The translations under genes and the position numbers were made by a program. 64,000 bases of DNA from Rhynchopus sp. YZ270_cl-10 (taxonomy: Eukaryota), in the NCBI GenBank assembly GCA_964035575.1, contig OZ037838.1:1240001-1304000 (forward strand). Direction: 5' to 3'. Within the stretch, counting starts at the first letter, position 1, and each line of letters starts with the position of its first letter. Positions 33,482 to 45,200 of the stretch are shown one piece after another. The notes under the pieces were generated by a model that was not told the origin of the DNA, did not search any database, and saw only the letters and a list, made by a program, of their open reading frames with translations.

Positions 33482-34576
33482 ATGGATGTGACCTTTGTGC
33501 TGGAAGAATCAGGCGTGACTGCGACAGTGGAAGTGCCGTGCGAGGCGGACGTTGCAGCGGCAAAGGAGGTTGCGTGCACGGCGCTTGCTGTCTCGCCTGC
33601 GTCTGTCGAGATGCGCATCGGCACGCAGGTGCTGGAGGGGACGTGCCGTCTGCAGGACACTGCGCTTGATGCAGGGGTGCAGGTTGTGCTTGCCTGCCGC
33701 TTTGCTGACATCAAGTGTCCTGCTGAGTGCAGTGCAAAGATGTGGGTGAGACACTTGTCACTGTCGCGTTGTGGAACACTCTGTCTCGCAAGTAATGGTG
33801 GGGCCGTTGTTGGCTTCGACACAGAAACCTTCGACATGATCTTCAAGTTCGCAACCGACCTGTGTGCGTACGGCCCGCCTGCGATCTCGCAGTGCAAGAC
33901 ACGCTGCTACCTGCCCTGCCAAGGCATACACGAAGTTGTGCTTCCGGGTGGGGAGGTGCTCCGCAATGTCGGAGGCACCTCGAACGCAGTGTTCGCGTGT
34001 GGCGGTGTTGTTGTCTCCCAGGGTGACGCCGGCGTCTCTGTGTATGACGAAGACCTGACATTGCTCCGCTCTCTCTCGCACAAGGATTGTAGGCATATGG
34101 CAGTGTCGGACTGTGGTGGGTGGGTGATCACCTCCTCCTACAGTGAGAAGAACGCACGTCTGTGGGATGTGAACACAGGTGAAGCTGTTGCATGTGTGCC
34201 TACGGATGGATGGTGTGTGGCGCTTTCAAGGTCCGCTGTCTTTGCTGTGGTGGATCATGTGGACGAAGCACCTAGTGTGCAGCTCTACGACTGGAGTGGT
34301 GCGGCTCTTCAGAACGCCACTATCTCTGGAGATGTCCGTGGCGTGCAATTCACCCAGTGTGGGAAGTACCTTGTAGTTCATGTGCGAAAATGTCCAGACG
34401 ATGGAGAACAACATGCAGAGCTGCACCAGTATGATGTGGCGACCATGTCCTGTGTACTTGTGATCCCAGACGTGAACGGTACGTCATTTGCGATATCACC
34501 GTGTTCACGTGTAGTTTTGTTTCTATCCAGAAATTGCAGCGTTGTGACACGGCATCTGTACCCCCACAACGAGTGA
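33482..34576 (+). CDS. Ubl + WD40-like propeller family, copy 7
   Basis: ATG of MDVTF at 33482; intact ORF. Confidence 0.92.
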   Translation: MDVTFVLEESGVTATVEVPCEADVAAAKEVACTALAVSPASVEMRIGTQVLEGTCRLQDTALDAGVQVVLACRFADIKCPAECSAKMWVRHLSLSRCGTLCLASNGGAVVGFDTETFDMIFKFATDLCAYGPPAISQCKTRCYLPCQGIHEVVLPGGEVLRNVGGTSNAVFACGGVVVSQGDAGVSVYDEDLTLLRSLSHKDCRHMAVSDCGGWVITSSYSEKNARLWDVNTGEAVACVPTDGWCVALSRSAVFAVVDHVDEAPSVQLYDWSGAALQNATISGDVRGVQFTQCGKYLVVHVRKCPDDGEQHAELHQYDVATMSCVLVIPDVNGTSFAISPCSRVVLFLSRNCSVVTRHLYPHNE

Positions 34577-34997
34577 TGTTCATGCTTTATCACCATGTGA
34601 AATGGGTGTGGTGACTTACCCCCTTGTATTCCGTGGAGGCAGAAAAACTGGTGTCGTCAACAGAAGCCTGCGTCTTGCCACCACACACCTATCCAGTGAT
34701 GGCAGATCTGCATCCACGAGCAAGACACCGCAGACCACCTTGTCGCAGCCGAACACCACATCGCCTCCCGCCAGGCCGCCCTCGTCGCCCTCCACACAGA
34801 GATGTGCGCCATGGTGAGACCTATTCATGTGCTCACTGCTGTTCATTTTTGTCTTGTACCCCAGAATTACCACCCCAACCCAAAACAACGACCCCCATCC
34901 CTCGTCCCCTCTTTCCACGTGTCCACCCTCTCAGCTCCTTCAACTGTCCACCCAACACAACAGAAAATTACATTCCACCAACACAGCTCTTGAAACA

Positions 34998-36138
34998 ATG
35001 ATGGATATGACCTTTGTGGAAGAGTCAGGCGTGACTGCGACAGTGGAGGTGCCGTGCGAGGCGGACGTTGCAGCGGCAAAGGAGGTTGCGTGCACGGCGC
35101 TTGCTGTCTCGCCTGCGTCTGTCGAGATGCGCATCGGCACGCAGGTGCTGGAGGGGACGTGCCGTCTGCAGGACACCGTTTGATGCAGGGGTGCAGGTTG
35201 TGCTTACCCGCCCTGACATCAGGTTTAGGTGTCCTCCTAAATACATTAGGCCAAGTGCGCATCCGTACTTGTTGCTGTCGCGTTGTGGTACGCTGTGCGT
35301 CACTGTAAACATGAGTGGGGAATACGTCGGCTGGGACACTGCTACCTACGAACGTGTCTTCTCATTTGAAGTGGCCGCTGATGGGCGATGCCTCCCTGCA
35401 ATCTCGCAGTGCAAGACACGTTGCTACGTGGCGTGTTCCTATCACTTTTGCGAAGTTGCACTTCCTAGTGGGGAGGTGCTCCGCAAATTTGAAGCAGACT
35501 CCAGAGGAGTGTTCGCATGTGGCGGTGTTGTTGTCATCCAGGGCACGAACGGCGTCACTGTGTACGACAATGAACTAAGGTTGTTCGGCTCTCTCTCGCA
35601 CAAGGATTGCAACCGTGTGGCGGTGTCGGACTGTGGTGGGTGGGTGATCACTTCCTCCCTCAGTGATGAGAAGGCACTTCTGTGGGATATGAACACAGGT
35701 GAAGCTGTTGCATGTGTGCCTGCGGGGACGTACGTGGCTGTTTCACAGTCTGCCTCTGTTTTAGCCGTGGGTTGCTCTGTTCGTCATTGCTCTGACAGCG
35801 TGCAGCTCTATGACTGCAGTGGTGCGGCTCTTGGCAGCTTAGAAAATATTTTAAATAAGCGGTCTCGCGTCTGTGCCGTGCAGTTCACTCCATGTGGGAA
35901 GTACGTCGTTGTTGGGTTTTTTCATGACGACGAATTTTCTCTCAACACAGAGTACACTCTGCACCAGTATGATGTGGCGACCATGTCCTGTGTGAAGGTG
36001 ATCCGGAATGTTAGGAAATCGTCTACGTTTATGTTTGCGATATCGCCGTGTTCACGTGTGGTTATAGTTTGGTCATCAGAAAGGAAAATCTTTATGACTA
36101 AGCGTCTGTACCCCTATTTGCATTGCACAAGCCAGTGA
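34998..36138 (+). pseudogene. Ubl + WD40-like propeller family, copy 8, most divergent, frameshifted in the Ubl part
   Basis: 3 nt deletion (TFVEES) and 2 nt loss near 35177 (GGACACCGTTT versus GGACACTGCGTTT); the propeller part is open. Confidence 0.8.
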
Positions 36139-36338
36139 GAAGATACATTCTAGCATATTTTGAGGATAAAACGATCACACCACCCTTTACCTCTCTCTTT
36201 CACAGTTTCCTTGTTTAAACCGTCTCCTGTTGGTGGAAAACCACCGACACAACGAAAACATAACACACACGAAAAAAACAAAACAACCCACACCTCATCT
36301 CCTTCCTAACAGAGGTGGAACAAGAAGAAGACAAAACA

Positions 36339-37442
36339 ATGGATGTGACCTTTGTGCTGGAAGAGTCAGGCGTGACTGCGACAGTGGAGGTGCCGTGCGA
36401 GGCGGACGTTGCAGCGGCAAAGGAGGTTGCGTGCACGGCGCTTGCTGTCTCGCCTGCGTCTGTCGAGATGCGCATCGGCACGCAGGTGCTGGAGGGGACG
36501 TTCCGTCTGCAGGACACTGCGTTTGATGCAGGGGTGCAGGTTGTGCTTGCCCGCCCTCGCTTGGCCGACATCAAGTGTCCTGCTGAGTACAGTGCACAGG
36601 GGTCAGTGACACAGTTGTCGCTGTCTCGTTGTGGAACGCTTTGTCTCTCTTTCCACAGGACTGACGATGCACGTATTGCCTGCGTAGGCTTTGACACAGA
36701 AACCTTCGACACTGCCTTCACGTTTGTCAACCATGAATGTACTGGTAGCCCTGCCATCTCACGGTGCATGACACGCTGCTACGTGGCTTATGTGGATCAC
36801 TTTCTTCTCGAGGTTGCGCTTCCGGGTGGGGAGGTGCTCCGCAAAGTTGAAGGCGACGTGCACACAGTGTTCACGTCTGGCAGTGTTGTTGTCTCCCTGG
36901 GGTTAGGCGGCGTCTCTGTGTATGACGAAGACCTGACGTTGCTACGTTCTCTGTTCCCTGGGAAATGCTGGGGCGAGGCGGTGTCGGACTGTGGTGGGTG
37001 GATGATCACCTCAACCTGGGAGGTGGAGGACATACGTCTGTGGGATGTGAACACAGGTGAAGCTGTGGCATGTGTGCCAGCGCCATCTGAATTCAACGTG
37101 GCGCTTTCAAGGTCTGCCTCTGTCTTTGCTGTGGGGAGCGCTGACGGCATCCACCTCTATGACTGGGGAGGTGCTGAACTGCATAAGTTTATGGGACGTG
37201 GGTATGTCAGGGGCATTCACTTCACCCCGTGTGGGAAGTACCTTGTGGCCGCCACTTCGCTTGCCCGGGACGCACATGCGGAATGTGACCTGCACCAGTA
37301 CGATGTGGCGACCATGTCCTGTGTGCGCGTGATCCCGAAGAGCGGCTCTCTGTTTGCGATATCACCGTGTTCACGTGTGGTTGTGTTTAGGGGTCTTGAC
37401 GGCAACACCATTGTGACGAGACCTCTATACCCACGAGAGTGA
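36339..37442 (+). CDS. Ubl + WD40-like propeller family, copy 9
   Basis: ATG of MDVTF at 36339; intact ORF. Confidence 0.92.
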   Translation: MDVTFVLEESGVTATVEVPCEADVAAAKEVACTALAVSPASVEMRIGTQVLEGTFRLQDTAFDAGVQVVLARPRLADIKCPAEYSAQGSVTQLSLSRCGTLCLSFHRTDDARIACVGFDTETFDTAFTFVNHECTGSPAISRCMTRCYVAYVDHFLLEVALPGGEVLRKVEGDVHTVFTSGSVVVSLGLGGVSVYDEDLTLLRSLFPGKCWGEAVSDCGGWMITSTWEVEDIRLWDVNTGEAVACVPAPSEFNVALSRSASVFAVGSADGIHLYDWGGAELHKFMGRGYVRGIHFTPCGKYLVAATSLARDAHAECDLHQYDVATMSCVRVIPKSGSLFAISPCSRVVVFRGLDGNTIVTRPLYPRE

Positions 37443-37474
37443 GTCACTCTCTGATAACTGTGCCACTCTGAGAA

Positions 37475-37570
37475 GTGGAAGCGAACAACAAACAGCCTTT
37501 ACTTTTTCCCCCCCCGTTTATAGTCTTTTGAGCAACAAGCAAAGAGGAACGAGTCTCTCGAGCATTTTTT
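37475..37570. repeat. Dispersed repeat of about 90 bp with an inverted copy at 60741-60830
   Basis: CCCCCGTTTATAGTCTTTTGAGCAACAAGCAAAGAGGAACGAG is reverse-complemented at about 60759-60801. Confidence 0.85.
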
Positions 37571-38168
37571 TTTCACTACTTTTTTCAACCTCTCTCATCA
37601 CATGCATTTGACCTAGGACTCTTTTTTCGGGCATTCGGGTGGGATCTGCTTTTCTATATTTTTTTTTTGTATTTTCTTTGAGCAACACAAGCACATACGG
37701 AATGGACGGAAGACCTGTGGAAGAGGACAAGGCGAAGGTGGTCCTTCCAGACTCGCCTCCACTCATGCGAATGTGCATGTCTGGGAGTGGCAAGGACGGC
37801 TTGAACGGGTTGGTCATTGCGCCAATATCAGGCCCCCCTATCAATACCGACAGCGTTGTCTTCAAGACGAAGTGAAAGGGCGACAGATTTGTGAAGGACA
37901 CCTCACGCAGCAAAGTCGCCTTCGTGATGACGGACCACTAGCTTGTAGGGTAACTAATGTCGTCTGCGAGAGAGGGCTATTTTTCGTGGTTCCTAGTGCA
38001 GCTCCTGAGAAGGAGAGAAGAGATGGTGTCTTTGTACAGCTTCATGAGGAGGGATGGGTGCTGTTGGGGAGGTGTCATGATTGTTCAATGCTCGGCTCAT
38101 AAGTCCTGCTGCCACAAAGCAAAAGACGGTTGGTCATGGCTTAGTGTAGAAGTGACTTCCGCGTAGTG

Positions 38169-38362
38169 AAGGACGGATGTGCAAATACAAATACAGCTTT
38201 TTACTTTTTGCGTCGAACACATACACCCCTGATCTTGCTTTCTCCCACAGAATACCACAACTCTTTACACACACCACACTCAGGCACCTCCAACATACAC
38301 CCCGTGCCCCACTTCCCAACACAACACATTCGTAATGAAGGGGCTGTTCTGAAACTAGCTAG
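38169..38362 (+). repeat. Duplicated block of about 200 bp, also at about 41919-42131 upstream of the BLTP1-like gene
   Basis: Shared CACACCACACTCAGGCACCTCCAACATACAC...CATTCGTAATGAAGGGGCT.TTCTGAAACTAGCTAG. Confidence 0.88.
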
Positions 38363-38579
38363 AAGTACCCATTGTTTTTGTGAGCAAGAGTGGCAGCTTC
38401 CGTGTGGATAGCGCGAAAGATAAATGGTGACAGTATTGCAATGTGTATTATTAATTTTTTTTGCACGGCCACGTATCTTTGTCTACGAACGACAGACACC
38501 TAAACCACAAACATTCAAAACAGAATAACACCTCTCCCAGCGTGCTGATTTGAACTTCGTCACGTAGGAACACAAAACA

Positions 38580-39670
38580 ATGGATGTGACCTTTGTGCTG
38601 GAAGAGTCAGGCGTGACTGCGACAGTGGAGGTGCCGTGCGAGGCGGACGTTGCAGCGGCAAAGGAGGTTGCGTGCACGGCGCTTGCTGTCTCGCCTGCGT
38701 CTGTCGAGATGCGCATCGGCACGCAGGTGCTGGAGGGGACGTGCCGTCTGCAGGACACTGCGTTTGATTCAGGGGTGCAGGTTGTGCTTGCCCGCCGCTT
38801 TGCCGACATCAAGTGTCCTGCTGAGTACAATGCAACGCATACGGGAAGCGTGAGACTGTCGCGTTGTGGAACGCTCTGCATCTATGGTGACTGGAAGGGG
38901 CATGTTGGCGGCTTTGACACAGAAACCTTCGACACTGTGTTCTCGTTTGAACTGGGCATTAACCTGGTTGGTACGCCTGCCATCTCACAGTGCAAGACAC
39001 GCTGCTACCTGGCGTGCAAGGAAGGCCTTCACAAGGTTGCGCTTCCGGGTGGGGAGGTGCTCCGCAAAGTCGACGGCACGTCGTACGCTGTGTTCGCGTG
39101 TGGCGGTGTTGTATTATCGAAGGGCAGAGACGGCGTCTCTGTGTATGACGAAGACCTGACGTTGCTCCGCTCTCTCTCGCATGAAATGTGCAGTGGGGTG
39201 GTGGTGTCGGACTGTGGTGGGTGGGTGATCACTTGCTCCGAAGAGAACAACGCACGTCTGTGGGATGTGAACACAGGTGAAGCTGTTGTATGCGTGCCTG
39301 CGGATTCGTGGTATGGAGGAGTGGCGCTTTCCGGGCAGCTTGTGTCTTTGCTGTGGGGGGCTATCGCAACATGCAGCTCTATAACTGGAGCGGTGCTGCT
39401 CTTCGCATTTTTGATGTGGACGGGCAGGTCGGGGACATGCAGTTCACCCCGTGTGGGAAGTACCTTGTGGTACATGTACGAAGGTATGCTGATGGAGCAG
39501 TTTATTCAGAGCTGCACCAGTATGATGTGGCGGCCATGTCCTGTGCACTTGTGATCCCAGACTTCACCGATCCGTCATTTGCGATATCACCGTGTTCACG
39601 TGTGGTTGTGTTTGTATCATCCGACAACACTACCATTGTAACAAGGCATCTGTACCCCCACAACGAGTGA
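38580..39670 (+). pseudogene. Ubl + WD40-like propeller family, copy 10, single -1 frameshift near 39331
   Basis: ORF 38580 follows the family to YGGVALS, then the family sequence continues in ORF 39290-39670 (RAACVFAV...TRHLYPHNE). Confidence 0.8.
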
Positions 39671-39921
39671 TGTTGTGAAGTGTGTTGCCCCCGGCCAGGC
39701 CGCCCTCGTCGCCCTCCACACAGAGATGTGCGCCATGGTGAGACCTATTCATGTGCTCACTGCTGTTCATTTTTGTCCTGTACCCCAGAACTTCTACCCC
39801 AACCCAAAACAACGACCCCCATCCCTCGTCCCCTCTTTCCACGTGTGCACCCTCTCAGCTCCTTCAACTGTCCACCCAACACAACAGAAAATTGCATTCC
39901 ACCAACACAGCTCTTGAAACA

Positions 39922-41046
39922 ATGATGGATGTGACCTTTGTGCTGGAAGAGTCAGGCGTGACTGCGACAGTGGAGGTGCCGTGCGAGGCGGATGTTGCAG
40001 CGGCAAAGGAGGTTGCGTGCACGGCGCTTGCTGTCTTGCCTGCGTCTGTCGAGATGCGCATCGGCACGCAGGTGCTGGAGGGGACGTGCCGTCTGCAGGA
40101 CACTGCGTTTGATGCAGGGGTGCAGGTTGTGCTTGCCCGCCGCTTGGCCGACATCAAGTGTCCTGCTGAGTACAGTGTTGAGGTGCCACCTGAGGTCATG
40201 AATATACAAACGTTATCGCTGTCTCCTTGTGGAACACTCTGCCTCTTTATAGAAAGTACAGCCGATCTCAACCTGCCAATTTTCCATGTCACCGGCCTCG
40301 ATACAGAAACCCTCAGCCCTGCCTTCAAGTTCAAAGTAGACTTTGACGTGTGGGGTCCGCCTGCCATCTCACGGTGCAAGACACGCTGCTACATGGCGGA
40401 TAGGAATTGTCTTGCCAAGGTTGCGCTTCCTGGTGGGGAGGTGCTCCGCAAAGTCGACGGCTATTCGTGCGCAGTGTTCGCGTATGGCGGTGTTGTTGTC
40501 TCCCAAGGCGAAGACGGCGTCTCTGTGTATGACAAAGACCTGACGTTGCTCCGCTCTCTCTCGCACAGGGAGTGTAGGCACATGGCAGTGTCGGACTGTG
40601 GTGGGTGGGTGATCACCGCCTCCGGAACAGAGAAGAACGCACGTCTGTGGGATCTGAACACAGGAGAAGCTGTGGCATGTGTGTCTGCTGATAGGGGCGT
40701 GGCGCTTTCAAGGTCTGCCTCTGTCTTTGCTGCGGTGCGCTCGCTGGGTGAAGTGCAGCTCTATGACTGGAGTGGTGCGGCTCTTGGCGGCTTTGAAAAG
40801 GCGGGTCATTTATCTGCTGGCCTGCAGTTCACTCCCTCCGGGAAGTATCTCGTCGTACGCATGATGGATATGGATACTGAGAAATATTTGCTGCACCAGT
40901 ACGATGTAGCGACCATGTCCTGTGTGCGTGTGATACCGGACTCCGACCGCTGCGGTGCGTTTACGCTATCACCGTGTTCACGTGTGGTACTATTTACGAA
41001 CGCGGGACGAGACACTATTGTGACGAGACATCTGTACCCCTGCTGA
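39922..41046 (+). CDS. Ubl + WD40-like propeller family, copy 11
   Basis: ATG of MMDVTF at 39922; intact ORF. Confidence 0.92.
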   Translation: MMDVTFVLEESGVTATVEVPCEADVAAAKEVACTALAVLPASVEMRIGTQVLEGTCRLQDTAFDAGVQVVLARRLADIKCPAEYSVEVPPEVMNIQTLSLSPCGTLCLFIESTADLNLPIFHVTGLDTETLSPAFKFKVDFDVWGPPAISRCKTRCYMADRNCLAKVALPGGEVLRKVDGYSCAVFAYGGVVVSQGEDGVSVYDKDLTLLRSLSHRECRHMAVSDCGGWVITASGTEKNARLWDLNTGEAVACVSADRGVALSRSASVFAAVRSLGEVQLYDWSGAALGGFEKAGHLSAGLQFTPSGKYLVVRMMDMDTEKYLLHQYDVATMSCVRVIPDSDRCGAFTLSPCSRVVLFTNAGRDTIVTRHLYPC

Positions 41047-42204
41047 GTGATGTTTTGCGAGAGGTTGTGTTTGTGCAGCTTCTCGCAGGCAGTCCACCCC
41101 AGAAGCACCTCCTCGCTGTCGCTGTACAATACTTTATTGGGGGCATTTTCTGCGATTTTGGGGTTTGGGTGGCGTATCTAACAACAACCAAAACAAAGAA
41201 AGAAAAACGAGAAATACAGGGAAAAACAGACCAAGAGAAAACAAAGAGATTTTGACAAAAGGGACAATAAAATGTTTCTCCTTTTTAAGTTTCTGCTTTC
41301 ATTTTGTCCTACTCCTGGTCGTGATGTACGCAACTTTCCTGCAGTCAACGCAGGGAAAGAAGAATCAACGTCCCACAGTCAAATCTTATATTTTTTGGGA
41401 CGAAGTAGCACCTCCTCTGGCGCAGAGCTCTCGATGGACATGAGGCAGAAGGTGGCATCTGCAATGGGGTTGCCTGAGGACAGCTGTTGCAGCAGTCTTG
41501 GAGGCGAAACGATCGCAGAAGTACATGAGTGCTGGTGACACAGCTGAGGAGGATGAAGAAGATGCCAGAGTAACTTTCATGACTTCTCGTTCTCTCCTTG
41601 TAGAGCTGCTGATGGAAATATCACAAACACACAAAACAAAACAACCCACAGACAGTTTTTAGACAACAAGACTGTGGAAGCAGGGGGCACTCATAGTGTG
41701 TTGTGCCAGGCTGTAACCGGCACCTCAATCAATAAACCTTGCACCTACGAGGTAGCGCAGAAGGTCGGCTGCGTGATATTCCATCAGTGCACCTGATGAC
41801 GCGGTTGGGAGCGGTCTCAGGTACGATGCTTTCTTGCACACTCCGAGGACGTGTTTAGGCCGTTCTGGGGACGTTTTTATATTCATTTTTTTTTTTTTTT
41901 GCGAACACACACACACGTAAAGGACAGATATGCAAACACAAATACAGCTTTTTGTTTTTTTTTACTTTTTGCGTCGAACACACACCCCCCTTATCTTGCT
42001 TTCTCCCACAGAATACCCCACAACTCTTTTACACCCTACACACACCACACTCAGGCACCTCCAACATACACCCGTGCCCCACTTCCCAACACAACACATT
42101 CGTAATGAAGGGGCTATTCTGAAACTAGCTAGCAGTTCCCCCCCCATATCCCCCCACTTTTTTTGTTCTCTTTTTTTTTTTTTTTTTGATACCAACCTGG
42201 TCGA

Positions 42205-45200
42205 ATGTCGACGTTGACTCCACAAACGGATGATATTCCATTTCAGTTTGCTGTTGTGCTGCTTGCAGTTGCTACAGGATGGTACTTGATGCAATCCCAA
42301 CGCGCGTTTGGGTGGGTTCTGACCAAGCTTCTTGCCCGCTTCGTTCTCCCTACGACCGTCAGCTTTTCGGTTCGATCGGTGCAGCTGATGTTGTTGTCTG
42401 GAAGGATTCTGTTTGGAGACGTACGATATCTCTCACGCAACTCATCGTTCACCGCCATCGACGGCTACATCTGCTTTGAATGGTGGCGAGCTGGAACCAA
42501 ACTAAAGGTACATCTTAATGGCTTGCAGGTAACTTTGTACAACAACATCTCAAAGTACGAAGACATTGCAGAGCAATGTGAAAAACGCAGTCGTCCTGGC
42601 GGTTTCTATGAAGGCTTATTCGAGGACTCATCCACAGCTGGTACCGACCAGCAGGCGGTCAACGAGCCTGTCATGTCGGCGGAAGGGAAAATGCCTGAAA
42701 AGGGCTTACACCACCGCGTCATGTCTTTCCTCCAGCACATCACCTTCGAGGTGCGTGAAGGTACCATCGCGTTGGGCACACCGACTGCAAAGTATCCATA
42801 CTTCTTCCACATAGCGTTTAAGAGGATGGTAGGGAAACATTGTATTGATGAGCTGTACTGTTCGAGGGATGATTTGTATAGGTTGGTGATTGACAATACG
42901 TTTACGGAGATATCGTTGAGGCTGGTCAAAACAATGACGAAGGAGCAAAGAGAGCGGCGCGCATCGAGCGGCAGGCATGAACCGCATCGTGACAGTATGG
43001 ACCGCACCTTCGGTACCTTACCTCAAGAAACGCCAAGCCCTGCGGCAAGCCATGGTGCTGGGTCGGAGCGTGGTAGGAGAAGCTCTGCTGACAACGGTAT
43101 GCACCGTCTTGCAGAGGTGACCGGGTTGAGTCGGATTGCAAAGGGTGCAAAAGAAATTGCTGCCGGGATGAAATTCGCTTTTTACGGTGATTTAGAAGAA
43201 TGTGCAGACGACGACGACGGAAACCGCGCCGACCAAAGCGCAAAAATGCGCCACAATATCTCCCTCTCTGAGTCCGAAACCATCGCTCAGGTGTTCGGAA
43301 CAGTAATCGATAAGTCTGAGAACGCGAGCATGCGGATTTTCTACTACCAAGACGTCCCCGGTGTCGAGCTTAAGGCCGCCGAAAAGAAGACGGTCGACGA
43401 CCTACCCAAGATGGGTCTCCAAATCGACATTGTCGCGCGCACCGTGCACTACTCCTCTCTGGTGAACCTGATGAGACAACGCATCACACAGCTCTTCTTT
43501 CCATGGGATTACCGGATGTGGGGGCAGTACCGTCCACGCAACGGAGACTGGCGGGCCACCGGGGCCTTCCAGCTTGTTGTTAACTTCCCGCGAGACTGTG
43601 CAATCGAGATTCCATGGAGACAAAAGAAGCTGGGTTTGGACCCGCCCCGCGGGATAGCATCGTCAGGGCATACAAGGTCAATTACATTGAACACCGCTGC
43701 GGGGTCGAAGTTTGTGATGAAATACCCGTACACGCAGTTCCGTGCAGATGAAGGTGTGCTGACCGAGATCTATTTTGTGATGCAGAACTGCAGTGTAAAG
43801 ACCTCGATGAACAATGGCGCGGAGTTTCTCCGTGCGCAGGAATTTGTCATCCACATCGACTCCGTGAGTGCGCCCTTCTACGTTTTCAACCAAAAACAGA
43901 CTTGGGACTACGTCATCCAACTCAAGCAGGCAGAGGTGTACGCCCTGGGGGAATATCAGAACTTCTTCTTCGACTTCATCGCCGACTGGTCGTACCCTGG
44001 AGTGCTGTATCTGGGAGACAGCTTTAAAGAGGGATGGTCCGGATCGCGGGACTTCTTTGTGAAGGAGTTTGCACCTAGCGTACAGCGATTCGAGGTTTTC
44101 TTTGCGGGGTTAGAGTTAAAGCTGAATGCGAACGACAACAACGTGATCATGCTTCATTCGCAGGATCAAGAAAACGCGATTGTCACCTTGCGTATGGGGG
44201 AAGGTATCATCGAATTTGTCTCGCCTGCAGATGTGTTCACCATCACCCAGGAAAGCGAATTCTGTCAAAAATATAGCATCAGAGTGCATCCGTGTTCTCT
44301 GCTGCTTACCCTTCCCAGCCAGCATGAGGTCGTTCAGGATTTGTGTCTTCCATTTTTTCCAGATGTTTTCGCAACAATCGATGAGATTAGTATCAGAGGG
44401 GAGGTGAACTCCGCATGGCCTAATACACATGATGCGCAAGGTAACCTCGATTGGGTTCCGCATAGGGAAGCACCAGCGTCGTGGTCTGAAAATTTTCTTC
44501 GAAAATCTGCTGTAGATAGTTCCCATCATCTGTTTGATCTGGTTACTGCAGAAATCGGGTTGGAGCGAGTAACCGCATCGCTTCAAGGACACCATCTGAG
44601 ATATCTCGCGAATTTGTCGAGTAATTATGCTGGAGAAGACTTTTCGTTTGTGTCTCCCGAAACGTTCTCACGGTTTACAGATTCGAATCACCCTGATGGA
44701 CGTAATGTTCGAGCAGCATTTCACGAATTTCTTTCAACCAAAGTCGTGCAAAATGTCTGGAAAGCTAAGGAGTACGCCGTATCCTGCAGCATTACCGCAG
44801 TACAACTGTACTTCCCGCTCACTCCAAACTCCCTTTCGCTATTCTACTGCGAATCCCAGGTTGACACAAACGCAAGCTTCTTCACAAGCCTCGGTGCAAA
44901 ACAGCCGCCCCTCTACATGCTCCCCAAAGGTGAGAAAATTGTCATCCTCGGCTCCAAAGGGGATTGGGGCAGAGTTAGATATAATGACATTCTTGGATGG
45001 GTGCGGTTAAGCCATTTAAAACGGAGACATGGGAGGTCGGAGGATTTGCTGTATAGCGTGAGGAGTGCGGGGTTTTGGGGGGAGGAGACGGAGTGTGGCG
45101 ATTTTGTGGACATGAACTTCCATGAATTGAATGTAGAGATGTCGATGACGCCGACGTGCTCCGATATGGCGGTGGTGCTCTCCCCAGCTACGATACGCTG

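Noticed and set aside
41385..41650. Protein-like fragment (AEEDEEDARVTFM...)
   Set aside because: Interrupted by a stop and unassignable
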